Source: an uncultured Hormoscilla sp. (GTDB lineage: Bacteria > Cyanobacteriota > Cyanobacteriia > Cyanobacteriales > Desertifilaceae). From it: a stretch of 64,000 nucleotides of DNA. Each line of letters starts with the position of its first letter. Within the stretch, counting starts at the first letter, position 1. Position numbers and translations under genes: made by a program. Under the pieces are notes generated by a model. It was not told the origin of the DNA, searched no databases, and saw only the letters and a program-made list of their open reading frames with translations. Shown here piece after piece: positions 54,594 through 64,000 of this stretch. The stretch is from the NCBI GenBank assembly GCA_963921275.4, contig OZ001293.3, positions 2,208,001-2,272,000 of the forward strand, in the 5' to 3' direction.

Positions 54594-55055
54594 GTGGATT
54601 GGCGAGTGCGGGCGATTCGCGGGGCAATTACGGTCCCAGAAAATACTATCGAGGCAATCACTCTGGCAGTGACGGAACTACTAGATGAACTGGAAGGAAA
54701 AAATCGGATATTCCCAGACCAGATAATCAGCATGACTTTTTCGGTGACTCGCGATCTGGATGCGATTTTCCCGGCAGCGGTTGCCCGCTTGCGTCCCGGA
54801 TGGGACCAGGTGCCCCTACTGGACGTGCAGCACATGCATGTAGAGTCGGCATTATTACGCTGCATTCGCTTCCTACTTCACGTTAACATGCCAGCCGAGC
54901 AGGTGGTTTACCATCCCTATTTGCGCCACGCTCAAAAATTGCGACCGGATTGGCTAGAGGCACAATCAGTGTCCCTCGGGATCGCATCGTTCCCAGGCAG
55001 AGCCTGGGAACGCACTACCCGGGGGACGCCAACTCCTCATTTTAATCAATTGTAA
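54594..55055 (+). CDS. aroH: Chorismate mutase (AroH type); C-terminal tail derived from REP-like repeats
   Basis: RAIRGAIT, FSVTRDLDAIFPA, RCIRFL, HPYLRHA..LRPD. Confidence 0.9.
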   Translation: MDWRVRAIRGAITVPENTIEAITLAVTELLDELEGKNRIFPDQIISMTFSVTRDLDAIFPAAVARLRPGWDQVPLLDVQHMHVESALLRCIRFLLHVNMPAEQVVYHPYLRHAQKLRPDWLEAQSVSLGIASFPGRAWERTTRGTPTPHFNQL

Positions 55056-55079
55056 GGTGGGCATCGCCCACCCTACATG

Positions 55080-55964
55080 TTATTGTTTGGCCTGACCGTT
55101 CCAGCGAATGCCCAGAAAAATGTCGTACAGAAAGTTCCCCAAATCTTTTGCTTGCAGCAGTCCCAAGGTTTGATGACAGCCTTTAGCATCCAGTAGGGGC
55201 TTGACAGCCTGGTAGGCAGGCTGATATTTGTACCAGGGCATGGAGGGCCAGAGGTGATGAACCAGATGGTAATTCTGTCCGCCAATCAGCAGATTCAGCA
55301 TGGGACTGGGGTAAACTCTGGCATTCTTCCAGCGATCGCGTTCCTGAAAGGGACGATGGGGTAAATAATCGAAAAATAGCCCCAGGACCAGTCCCACCAC
55401 CCCAGCGGGGACAAACCAGAAGTTAAGAATATACCCGATAAAGCCGTAGTGACAAGCAAGCAAGACGATCGACGCTAGGAAAGCCCGACTCAAAAACCAT
55501 TCGAGTAACTCGTACTTACGCCACAGCCGACGCTGGAAGAAGTATACTTCATGGTAAAAGAATCTGGCGTTAATCAGCCAGAGGGGACCGCCAGTGGAGA
55601 CAAAATGATCTGGATCATTTTCAGGGTCGTTGACATGGGCATGATGATGTAGATGTACCCGGGTGAACACCGGAAAGGTAAAACCTAGCATCAGCGCACT
55701 GCCATGTCCTAAAATAGCATTCAGCACGCGGTTAGCATGAGCTACATGATGAGAGGCATCGTGAATTACGGTTCCCACCATGTGTAGGGCAACTACGTTC
55801 AAGCCAAAGCAGCACCAGTCTGGCCAATTCCAACGCCAGTAGCCGCAGGTGGAGAGCACTACCATTCCTACCGCTACCAGAAACATCAGTAAATTGAGAT
55901 TGAAGCCGCCAGTTGGACCGAGAAACTCTTTGGGAACCGTCAGGGGCTTGGTCGCCTCCGACAT
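55080..55964 (-). CDS. crtR: Beta-carotene hydroxylase
   Basis: His boxes HDASH, RVHLHHH, NYHLVHH; HFVSTGGPLWLI. Confidence 0.93.
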   Translation of the reverse strand: MSEATKPLTVPKEFLGPTGGFNLNLLMFLVAVGMVVLSTCGYWRWNWPDWCCFGLNVVALHMVGTVIHDASHHVAHANRVLNAILGHGSALMLGFTFPVFTRVHLHHHAHVNDPENDPDHFVSTGGPLWLINARFFYHEVYFFQRRLWRKYELLEWFLSRAFLASIVLLACHYGFIGYILNFWFVPAGVVGLVLGLFFDYLPHRPFQERDRWKNARVYPSPMLNLLIGGQNYHLVHHLWPSMPWYKYQPAYQAVKPLLDAKGCHQTLGLLQAKDLGNFLYDIFLGIRWNGQAKQ

Positions 55965-57003
55965 TATTTTATACTCCTGATGATGTATATTATTACTTGG
56001 GTAGTATAGGATATTCTTGATAAATTGTAAAGTTTTGTGATGTGAGCTGACAACATCTACAGCTGGCTGCGGTTCGCCCGTGGTTATACGGCCGTCAGCT
56101 TAAATCACCAATTAATATCATGTCGGGTTGAATGCACCTGATTAAGCGGCCTTGATTTTTGGCCACCAATGATATAAGGTCAACCCCTCAATTAACTCTT
56201 GCTGTTGGAGTAATTGGCGACATCGCTCAACCGGTGTCTTCCACCTCATCAATGCTATTAAACGCTTTGTTGGCTAAAGGTTCATCGATTAATGGCCATA
56301 ACCGCTCAGCTGGTTGCAACTCTGGTGAATAGGGGGGCAGGGGGAACAGGTGAATCCCTTCAGGCACCTGGAGCTTTTCCGTCATATGCTAGCTAGCCTG
56401 GTGGAGAGGGAGAATTACCCGTTTATCTTTGCCAACTTGGAAATGATAGGCAAAGTCTTCGAGCACCGCAGCGAATAGCTGGCTATTCACCTCGGGAAGA
56501 AGCCACCAGTATCTCCTGTTTGGGGTTGGACAAAACCGTACAACCACAACCATTCCCGTTTCCAGTTGACCTTGGCAATCGGCACTGAGAGTGCTTCTAC
56601 CCAGACAGGGCGAGTCACTGGCTGCAATCCGATGGGATGTTCATCTTCTGCCCAAATCTCGACGGTAGCTTCGGAATTGACTGTTGAATCCGTTCCACCT
56701 CTACGAGCAGTTTTTTTTGCCATTCAGACTGAACTTCCTCTACCGCCTCAATATGCTCAGGACGCGGCACTCTTAAACGAAACCCCATCGGCTTAAGATC
56801 TACCCACCCTTGTTGCCAGCTAATACAGATACCAAAGGCATCCCTCAAGTAGTCACAGACAGAGGCGCCCATTCCAAAGACCTCCATCGGGGGCGAGCCC
56901 ACAGCAATTGGGCCTGTTGTATATCATCGAGTTTCGAGTGCGATTCGTTCTAGCCTAACGTGGTCAAACACGGAACGCTGGTCTAGGAAACTAGAAACTC
57001 TGG

Positions 57004-57872
57004 ATGGGGTCGAGCCGGGAATCGCTTCCCGACCCTCCCTTGAGGAACCGGACTTGCGATTTTCACCGCATCCGGCTACTGGGTACTAGGCCCTTTTCAT
57101 AGGTAGACTTAATAGGAATTACTTCCGTTAGCCCTTGCCGCCTATCTTTTCTTCCCTTTCCTGGTTTAGCGAGTGGTTGTTCTGATAACCGTTAGTATCA
57201 CCATTTTCAAGTCAGTTTTACCAGTTATCCATACCTTATCCTCCACTTGCGTTTCGGATTAGTTCCGTGGCTTTTTAGGATTACTCATTCCAGCAGCTTC
57301 CTAGTATCACCGACCCACGTCAGCGCTGGCTACCCAGCATCATCTACATTACTGTAGATGTTATCCCAGGAATTACCCCGGGCATTCGCTTCTTGGGCCA
57401 TCCCTCCCCCCGTGGCTTGCGCTTAACATCTAACTTGTCCTGATGGACAGCACACGAGAGGTTACTTCGTTCCCTAACAACATTTCGCGATACCTTTAGG
57501 TCCACACTATACCCCGGGAGCTATTTGAGTACTATATTAGCCAGAGTCTAAAACTAATACTAGCTACCATTTCCTTTTTAGGCCAGCGCATATAGCCTTA
57601 TTTCGCTGGTTCCTTATAACGAGGCTTGCACATGTTTGCCTGCTCTAACCTTGGATATCTTTCCTAGCGGCGTCACCGGCTTAGGCTGCCAGTTATCCTA
57701 CATTTGAGTCCTCGCTTAGCACCACGATGATGTCGCTTCGTAGCACCGAGGACCGGTGTCACCCCCGTACCTGGGGGGAGGGGAATTTAACCCCCATGCG
57801 GTCAGAGTTCCCGGCTAATGAAACCGGGCTAGCGTTCCGTGTTTGACCACGTTAGGCTAGAACGAATCGCAC
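57004..57872 (-). mobile_element. ORF-less group IIB intron (type B, copy 4, 869 bp), inserted antisense into intron A
   Basis: Near-identical to 31225-32093; 3' exon again begins CCA. Confidence 0.92.
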
Positions 57873-57896
57873 AGTACTCATGAGGGTTAGATTCCC

Positions 57897-58653
57897 GTGC
57901 GATGAGTTCCAGCCTAACGTAGTCATATACGGAACGCTGGCCTAGGAAACTAGGAACTCTGGTAATCATGGGGGTTTAATTCCCCCTCCCCAGGTACAGG
58001 GGTAACACCGGTTGGAGGCGCTGCGAAATAACATCGTCGTGGTGCTAAGCGAGGACTCAAATGTAGGATAGCTGGCAGCCCAAGCCAGTGAGGACGCTAG
58101 GAAAGATGTCCATGGCTAGAACAAGCGAACCTATGTAAACCTCGTTAAACCCAACCAGCGAAATAAGGCTTAATGCGCTGGAACAAAAGTTAATGCAGTT
58201 AGTGTTAATTAGGGAATTGGCTAACATTGTACCCAAATAACTGCCGGGGAAAAGTAGGGGCCTAAAGGCATCGTGAAATGATACCAGGGAACGAAGTAAC
58301 CCTTCGTGTGCTGTCCTAAAGGACCAGTCAGATGTGAAGCGCAAGCCGCGAGTGGGAAAGATGGCCTAAGAAGCAAATGCCCGGAGTAATGCCTGGGATA
58401 TGCAGACGTAGGTCGGTGATAGTTGGAAGTCTTGGGTAAAAGTAGCCCTAAATATGCCTACAGCTCGGGGGAAACCTGTCAGAGATGGATAAGCTCAAGG
58501 GGCCAAATCTCATGAGACGAGGGACAACGGGAGTAATCCCGAAGTTACCTACCAGTGACAAGGACCAACTACCCAGTAGCCGTGTGCGGTGAAAGTCGCA
58601 TGCACGGTTCCGAACGGGAGGGTTGTCCCGCGAGGGACAGCTCGACCCCTAAT
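57897..58653 (+). mobile_element. ORF-less group IIB intron (type C, 757 bp), inserted in sense into intron A
   Basis: GTGCG start; domain V AGCCGTGTGCGGTGAAAGTCGCATGCACGGTT; end CTCGACCCCTAAT. Loop GGGAAT (58212-58217) is complementary to the 5' exon ATTCCC. Confidence 0.9.
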
Positions 58654-59637
58654 TCTCCCCAGGCACGGGGGTAACACCGGTTGGAGGTGCTGCGGAGTAA
58701 CATCGCCGTGGTGCTAAGCGAGAACTTAAATGTAGGATAGCTGATAGCCTAAATCGGCGACGCCGCGCTTGTTAGATGTCCAAGGTCAGAATAAGCGAAT
58801 TCATGAAATGATACTAGGGAACGAAGTAACCTCTCATGAGCTGTCCTCATTTGGACAAGTTAGATGTAAAACGGAAGCCATGAGGGGAGAGATGGCCCAA
58901 GAAGCAAAAGCCTGGGGTAATTCCTATGGATACGCTGACGTGGGTCGGTGATAGATAGAGTCTTTGGGTGAAAGTAACCTTAATGTTTTAGATCAGGAGA
59001 AATCCTAGATAATGAATGTTGGACTAAAGACCTGACCGGGTAAAACTTGGAGAACCTAGTAAATTAGGTAAATGTTAGTAAAGAGCGGTTAAAATGGGTT
59101 GGTACTGTTATCCCCCGCGAACCTTCCGGAGTTAGGCATATATGTAGTCTGAGACTAACCATAAGGGGTGAAATTGCATGAAGAAAGGGACAAAGGGAGT
59201 AATTCTGAGTAATTATACTTAGGACAAAGGCTATCTACCCAGTAGCCGTGTGCGGTGAAAGTCGCTCTTCAGGTTCCGAAAGGGAGGGTTGGGAGGTGAC
59301 TCCTAGCTCGACCCCAACTCTGCTTTCCCCAGCATTGTGACGCCGTAAATCTCCCAACGCAGCTACAAGAAATGCGGTTGTAACTACGAACCAGCTCGTA
59401 AATCCAATCCCGACTGTAGCCCGTCACCGCTGCTACTTCCTCTCGGGGTCGGCCTTGGGCTAATAACCAGATGATTTGATAATGTGAGCGCTCAATCGGA
59501 TGAGAAGTCTGACGGTAGCGTTGTTCCAATTCCTCAACTGTGAGATGGGAGAAAATACTGATGCGTTTGGGCATTACCAGTGTACCAGGAGGGGACTATT
59601 CTATATTAGGTGCATTCAACCCGACATGATATAACAA

Positions 59638-60813
59638 TTAAGATAAGCCAAATCTTGTCGGAGACATCTGAGGGATAAAGTCATCGGGAACTCCGCCAGC
59701 CATATGGTTAGCAAATCTCTGGGCAATGGGTGGCACAAATACCATTGGATAAGTGAAACTGGAGAAGACATGAATGCCTATCATCCCAGGAATAGGACCA
59801 ACGGAAGGCAGCATATCCCCACTAAAGGCGACTAAGCAGCTGTGCCAAGTTCCTGCTAGCTGTCCTAAAGCTGGTAAAATCTTCCCTACATGGGTACGAA
59901 TAGCGGCTTCACTGGCAGCTGAGTCTACTTTAGCCTCCGGGTCAGTCAATACTCGACTCATCTGACCTAACCTGATACTACCATCAAGGAACTGAACTGC
60001 ACCAGGATCGAGAATTGGTGGTACGGGTTCGTGCCCCGGGTAGTCCCACAAGCTGTCAACTTCGCAGGCTTTGGCTTCTAAGCCATACCGCTGTAAATTA
60101 ACTGGCATTACAATTGTTCTCAGCTGAATCGGGACAGGTGCAATCTCAATCAGTTCGGCGTGGGTGAAATACAATCGTACTGAAATCCCAGCAACTTTTA
60201 GCATCCGGCGCGAAAAACCACCAGCACAGATAACGGTATTGGCACTGTAATAGCTTCCCCTATCTGTAATTACCCCAGTGATGCGACTTCCATCTCTTAC
60301 TAAGTCCCGCACTTTAGTAATTTCCATCGCGCCGCCATTTCTTCTCATTGCTTCCCAGTAGCCTTTGGCCGTTGCTTGGGGATTGATGTGACCAATCTTG
60401 ACAGTTAAAGCACCACTAATTGCATCTGGATTTAGCAGCGGTTCCCAGCTACAAGCTTCTGCAGTAGATAGTAACTGTGGTTTGATGGCACAGTGCTCAT
60501 ATTCAGCGAGAACAGCTTGGGGGTTATCATCCCTGTCAATGGTTAAGAGCAAGTCTAACTCGCGGAACTCGGTATCAGCGCCTAATTCTGCTGAGAGGAT
60601 CTGATGACGTTCTTTTCCTTCAAGACATAGTTGCCTGGTAATATCAGAAGTACCAGACCAGTAAGCAAGAGTTCCATAACTATAACGAGTGGCATTTTCA
60701 GGTGTTGCCTGTTGTTCTATTAGCAGTACATAAAAGCCTTTTTTCACGAGTTCGTATCCTAGGGCCGCACCAGTAATGCCTGCACCGACCACGATCCAAT
60801 CGTAAGTTTTCAT
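59638..60813 (-). CDS. FAD-dependent oxidoreductase (DAO/glycine-oxidase-like)
   Basis: DWIVVGAGITG Rossmann motif, VLLIEQ, VICAGG. Confidence 0.88.
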   Translation of the reverse strand: MKTYDWIVVGAGITGAALGYELVKKGFYVLLIEQQATPENATRYSYGTLAYWSGTSDITRQLCLEGKERHQILSAELGADTEFRELDLLLTIDRDDNPQAVLAEYEHCAIKPQLLSTAEACSWEPLLNPDAISGALTVKIGHINPQATAKGYWEAMRRNGGAMEITKVRDLVRDGSRITGVITDRGSYYSANTVICAGGFSRRMLKVAGISVRLYFTHAELIEIAPVPIQLRTIVMPVNLQRYGLEAKACEVDSLWDYPGHEPVPPILDPGAVQFLDGSIRLGQMSRVLTDPEAKVDSAASEAAIRTHVGKILPALGQLAGTWHSCLVAFSGDMLPSVGPIPGMIGIHVFSSFTYPMVFVPPIAQRFANHMAGGVPDDFIPQMSPTRFGLS

Positions 60814-61079
60814 ATAAGTTTTTATAGTTGCTACCACTTTTGATCGTAATTAGTCACCAGTATCACTTGACTGCGGTGTCTCCTGGGAGCTCGATGTCCC
60901 CCCTCCAGGAGACACGGCGGAGACATCGTAGTCGCACATGCATAGGAGACACCGCAGCGTGATATAAAATTATCACGCATGTCAAGTGATACTGCGTGCG
61001 GGTGTGGCAATGACACCCTGAGATTATAGCACGGCGGCAACCCGCAGAATTAAGGCGCTGTGTCTCCCGAAAGACACAG

Positions 61080-61740
61080 TAGGGGCGATGATAATGTCAA
61101 CTTTGTCGAAAACTTCTCGCAGGCGATCGCGATACCAGGTACGAAACCGCTGGGCTTGAATATACCAGCTAGCGGGAATGGGGGCGTGATGCAAAAGTCT
61201 GCTAAATGCAGATTAGCACCTTCACTAGCAGTAATTATATAAGCTGCCGCCCGGGCCCGGGCAGATCTTTGAACAGGTACGAAAATCAACCACCTGGACC
61301 TTTGACGCCCAAAGCAGTAGCTGCTCACTGCTGTCATGACTTCGGGTTGCGCGGCGAAAATATGAGTCTGCACTGCCATGGGAATACCTTCAATGCCCTG
61401 GGATGATTGGGGTAACACTGGGTTACCAGGGATATCTCTACAAACCGGATCTCTAGGATCTGGTCCTGGCAGCGCATCAAAAGCGGTAGCAATATCCCGG
61501 ACCGATCGGGCAAAGGGTCCAATCTGGTCTAAATTACTAGAAAGTAGCATAGTCCCAGCCCGTGACGGGCGTCCGTAGGTAGGTTTGAACCATAAATGCT
61601 GCACAAAGCAGCTGGGACGCGGATGGAACCATTAGTATCGGAACCAAGAGTCAGAGGTACTAACCCAGCTGCTACCGCCGCCGCCGTTCGCGTAGCGTGG
61701 CGTAAGCCATATTGCCCGAGGAACTTCCGGCTATTCTAGT
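61080..61740 (-). pseudogene. Amidase-signature enzyme (AtzE/GatA-like) remnant
   Basis: Reverse strand [43 protein letters not shown]; multiple frameshifts. Confidence 0.8.
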
Positions 61741-61744
61741 AAGT

Positions 61745-62150
61745 AGTCAGACAAAATTAATTACATAGTTTTCACCAAATTATTTGATATTTTTTTCAAC
61801 AGATGCAACTAATTTTTTCCAGCAAGAATAAGCATCTATTTCCAGCCATTCGTATTTAATAAACTGCCACAAAATTTCAATGAAATTAAACTGAGGGGAA
61901 TAAGTAGGGAGGAGAAAAAGTGTAATATTGCGTTCTTGCCATTCTTCAAGTTTATCTTTAATAGCATTACTAGTATGAACAAGCGATGATGCATGGTCTG
62001 CGACAATCACTGTCAGCTTTTCCATCTTCCTAGGGAAAAACGCATCAATACGAGCAATAACTACATCGGAATTAATACTTTGAGTATATCTATAAGATTC
62101 TAATTGATTGTGTCCATAATTCTCAATACATTTAATCTGCGACTACGACT
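61745..62150 (-). mobile_element. IS630-family transposase 3' remnant
   Basis: VIVADHAS...H, LFLLPTYSPQFNFIEILWQFIKYEW. Confidence 0.78.
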
Positions 62151-62399
62151 TAAGTCAATAGTCCGGACAATTTTGAGAATAATTTTTATAATTCACTGTT
62201 GTTAATATCCAGTCATCGTTATACATATGTAACACTCCTGGGATAGTCTCGGAGAGTCTTCTAGTCTTACTGATGGAAACAGTAGGCCATTTTTACAAAC
62301 CCCTTGCCAGGTTTTTGACCATTGATAACCACCATTTTCGTGGCTGTTAGCCGTTGTTAACTACACTCTCCCCCTCGTCGGTACTGCCATTTGTCAACC

Positions 62400-63315
62400 T
62401 AGCGCTGCGCGCACACGGCTACGCCTGCGCGATCGCACTACCCCGATGTGCTCTGCGCGCTCGATGTCCCTGGGGTGGTGCTTCTAGCGCTCCCGGGGGA
62501 TATTGTATTCGCTCTGCGCAGAGCACATCGCAGAGACATCGTTGTGCAATTGGGGTTACACTCCTTGCAGCGAACTGCTCGCTGCTGTGAGGCTAACCGA
62601 GATGTCTCCTGTGTGCCGTATGGACCCTGGGACAAGAGCACTGGCAGAGATATCGAAAAGTAAGAAGTGCATCGGACCACAGAAAAGAAGGGGAAGGTTT
62701 TATCGATGCTACAGGCTACGCTGGTAAGGTCGATAAAACTTTTCTCAGTCGCTTTCAGTTCCTTAAGACCCGCATTGGACGGCGTCTAGCAGGAGAGAGC
62801 GATTTCTTTTGGATATTGACAATAAGATGCGATCGCATTTCGGCAGAGGCGCCCTTGTTCCAGATTGAATTCATTTTCCGCTCGGGGGCGTCAGTTTACT
62901 GGGCTTGCCCATTGTCAGGCACCCTCACGACTAAGCAGGAGATTCTCATGTCGATGTCTCCTGTGTGCCGTATGGACCCTGGGACAAGAGTAAGGGGCAG
63001 TGATATCTTTCACGGCCAGTCCGGAAAGCCAAAACGGCAAGACAACAGTCAAGGGCCAGCAACCTGTGTCCCAAGACATGCATGAGATACTATCGTCTCA
63101 TGCATGTCTTGGGACACAGTCACGGAGTATAGTTTCGAATCTTGCCTTTTCTAAAGGCGCTTCACAGAGCGTATGCATGAACTTATTTATTTCCTTGGCT
63201 CCTCCAAGGAAAGATTAAGTCTCACAAAGATGTCTCCCCAACAGTTGTGCTTTTAGCGCGCTGCCGAAACGTGGGTAGTGCTCAACCGCGCTCCCACGTT
63301 TCGGCAACTCCAGGA
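62400..63315. repeat. Dense cluster of palindromic micro-elements
   Basis: Nested element at ~62445-62529; related units at 62601-62655 and 62952-63007; 24-bp-stem hairpin 63064-63119; hairpin ~63261-63308. Confidence 0.75.
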
Positions 63316-63379
63316 GACTTCGAAGGAACTACCAGAACCTGCTTGCCTACGGGGCCATAGCCTCCTAATTTTGTCCGGA

Positions 63380-64000
63380 GTATTGTCAAGGAGAGTGATT
63401 TTGTCCGGAGTATTGTCAAAGAGAGTGATTGCACTTTCTACATCATTGAGCCATAACAATGCTTCCGCTCTCTTCAAGAGTTTAATCGAACTTTCTAATT
63501 TTTAGGGATTTTCTATGAGATGATTCCAGTCTAATATCTCGCAACGTTGCGTTTCATTGCTGATTTAACTTTCATATATTCCAAATACTATTATGATTAT
63601 ATCCTAAACAAATAATGGGCTTTGATAATGGCTGTTCATTTACCCACTGTACTAATTTTTTATTTTCGTGAAAAAATGCTTCAACGCTATGGTTGTGCAG
63701 GTTAACGGTTTTATAATCTCTCTATTCACAGGGTTGACATGACTGGTGTACGCAGTCGTACTTTTCCACTGTCAATACTCATCTCTTTTTTCACTTGACT
63801 GCGGTAAGGAAAATTCCTGGCGCTGAACTAATCGTTGTTGAGTGCTATGTTCAACAGTAATTCCTGTTAATATAATAATATCTTGTTCGGCCCTAGGATT
63901 CATTGGCACTTAATAATAAGCAACACTTCTCTAAATCCGGACTGAGAAGAGTGTTTTTTTAACTTGTAGTTTCTCTGCTTGTTTTTCGGGAATTTTCAAG
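63380..64000 (-). mobile_element. ISKra4-family transposase remnant, continuing beyond the window
   Basis: Reverse strand LSPDLEKCCLLLSAN, GITVEHSTQQRLVQRQEF, EILDWNHLIEN, AEALLW; several stops and frameshifts. Confidence 0.75.

Larger units (their letters stand above)
56938..59318 (+). mobile_element. Outer ORF-less group II intron (type A), degenerate and interrupted twice
   Basis: GTGCG at 56938; segments 56938-57003, 57873-57896 and 58654-59318 join into one intron ending CTCGACCCCAAC. The EBS-bearing part of domain I is deleted and the 3' strand of domain V is mutated. Confidence 0.85.
56118..59629 (-). mobile_element. IS630-family element (degraded transposase ~59574 to 56142) carrying a nest of three group II introns
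   Basis: Perfect 22-bp TIRs TCATGTCGGGTTGAATGCACCT / AGGTGCATTCAACCCGACATGA with TA on both sides. Motifs WAEDE, WLYGFV, LPPYSPELQPAE. Removing the introns joins HNAGESR|SKLDDIQQAQLLW in frame. Confidence 0.92.

Noticed and set aside
58057..58951. Short ORFs inside the introns as intron-encoded proteins
   Set aside because: No RT (YADD), maturase or HNH motifs; they overlap structured RNA domains.
1..64000. HIP1 (GCGATCGC) abundance as a novel repeat
   Set aside because: Well-known cyanobacterial feature; used only as a taxonomic clue.

Overview
Chromosomal window from a cyanobacterium (abundant HIP1 GCGATCGC, cyanobacterial-type crtR, ycf51 and nblB-like genes), probably filamentous and heavily eroded: more than a dozen genes are frameshifted, carry nonsense codons or are interrupted. 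Housekeeping genes (rpiA, fumC, sufU-like, bioF, sppA, aroH, crtR, peroxiredoxin) alternate with accessory tracts. Main observations: (1) one ~870-bp ORF-less group IIB intron occurs in four near-identical copies, and a three-intron nest sits inside an IS630 element with TIRs and a TA duplication; EBS1/IBS1 and EBS3/IBS3 pairings can be read from the sequence. (2) A family of 40-85-bp palindromic micro-elements nests into its own loops and inserts into genes, usually in frame (bioF, a kinase, TPR-glycosyltransferases) and once with a frameshift (RusA). (3) An island bounded by partial copies of the sufU 5' end carries an AAA-ATPase/S8-protease (ietAS-like) pair and an alpha-1,4-glucan-lyase-like GH31 gene, split by IS982, next to an AUDH-cupin-like gene. 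(4) Two paralogues of an uncharacterised ~220-aa protein are each preceded by a 21- or 42-bp tandem array. (5) An RTX-type LRR gene has a near-invariant DNA scaffold with shuffled 21-bp variable cassettes. (6) An orphan toxin-tip/DUF4279 pair. No rRNA, tRNA, CRISPR array or reverse transcriptase gene was recognised. All family assignments are by motif recognition, not database search.
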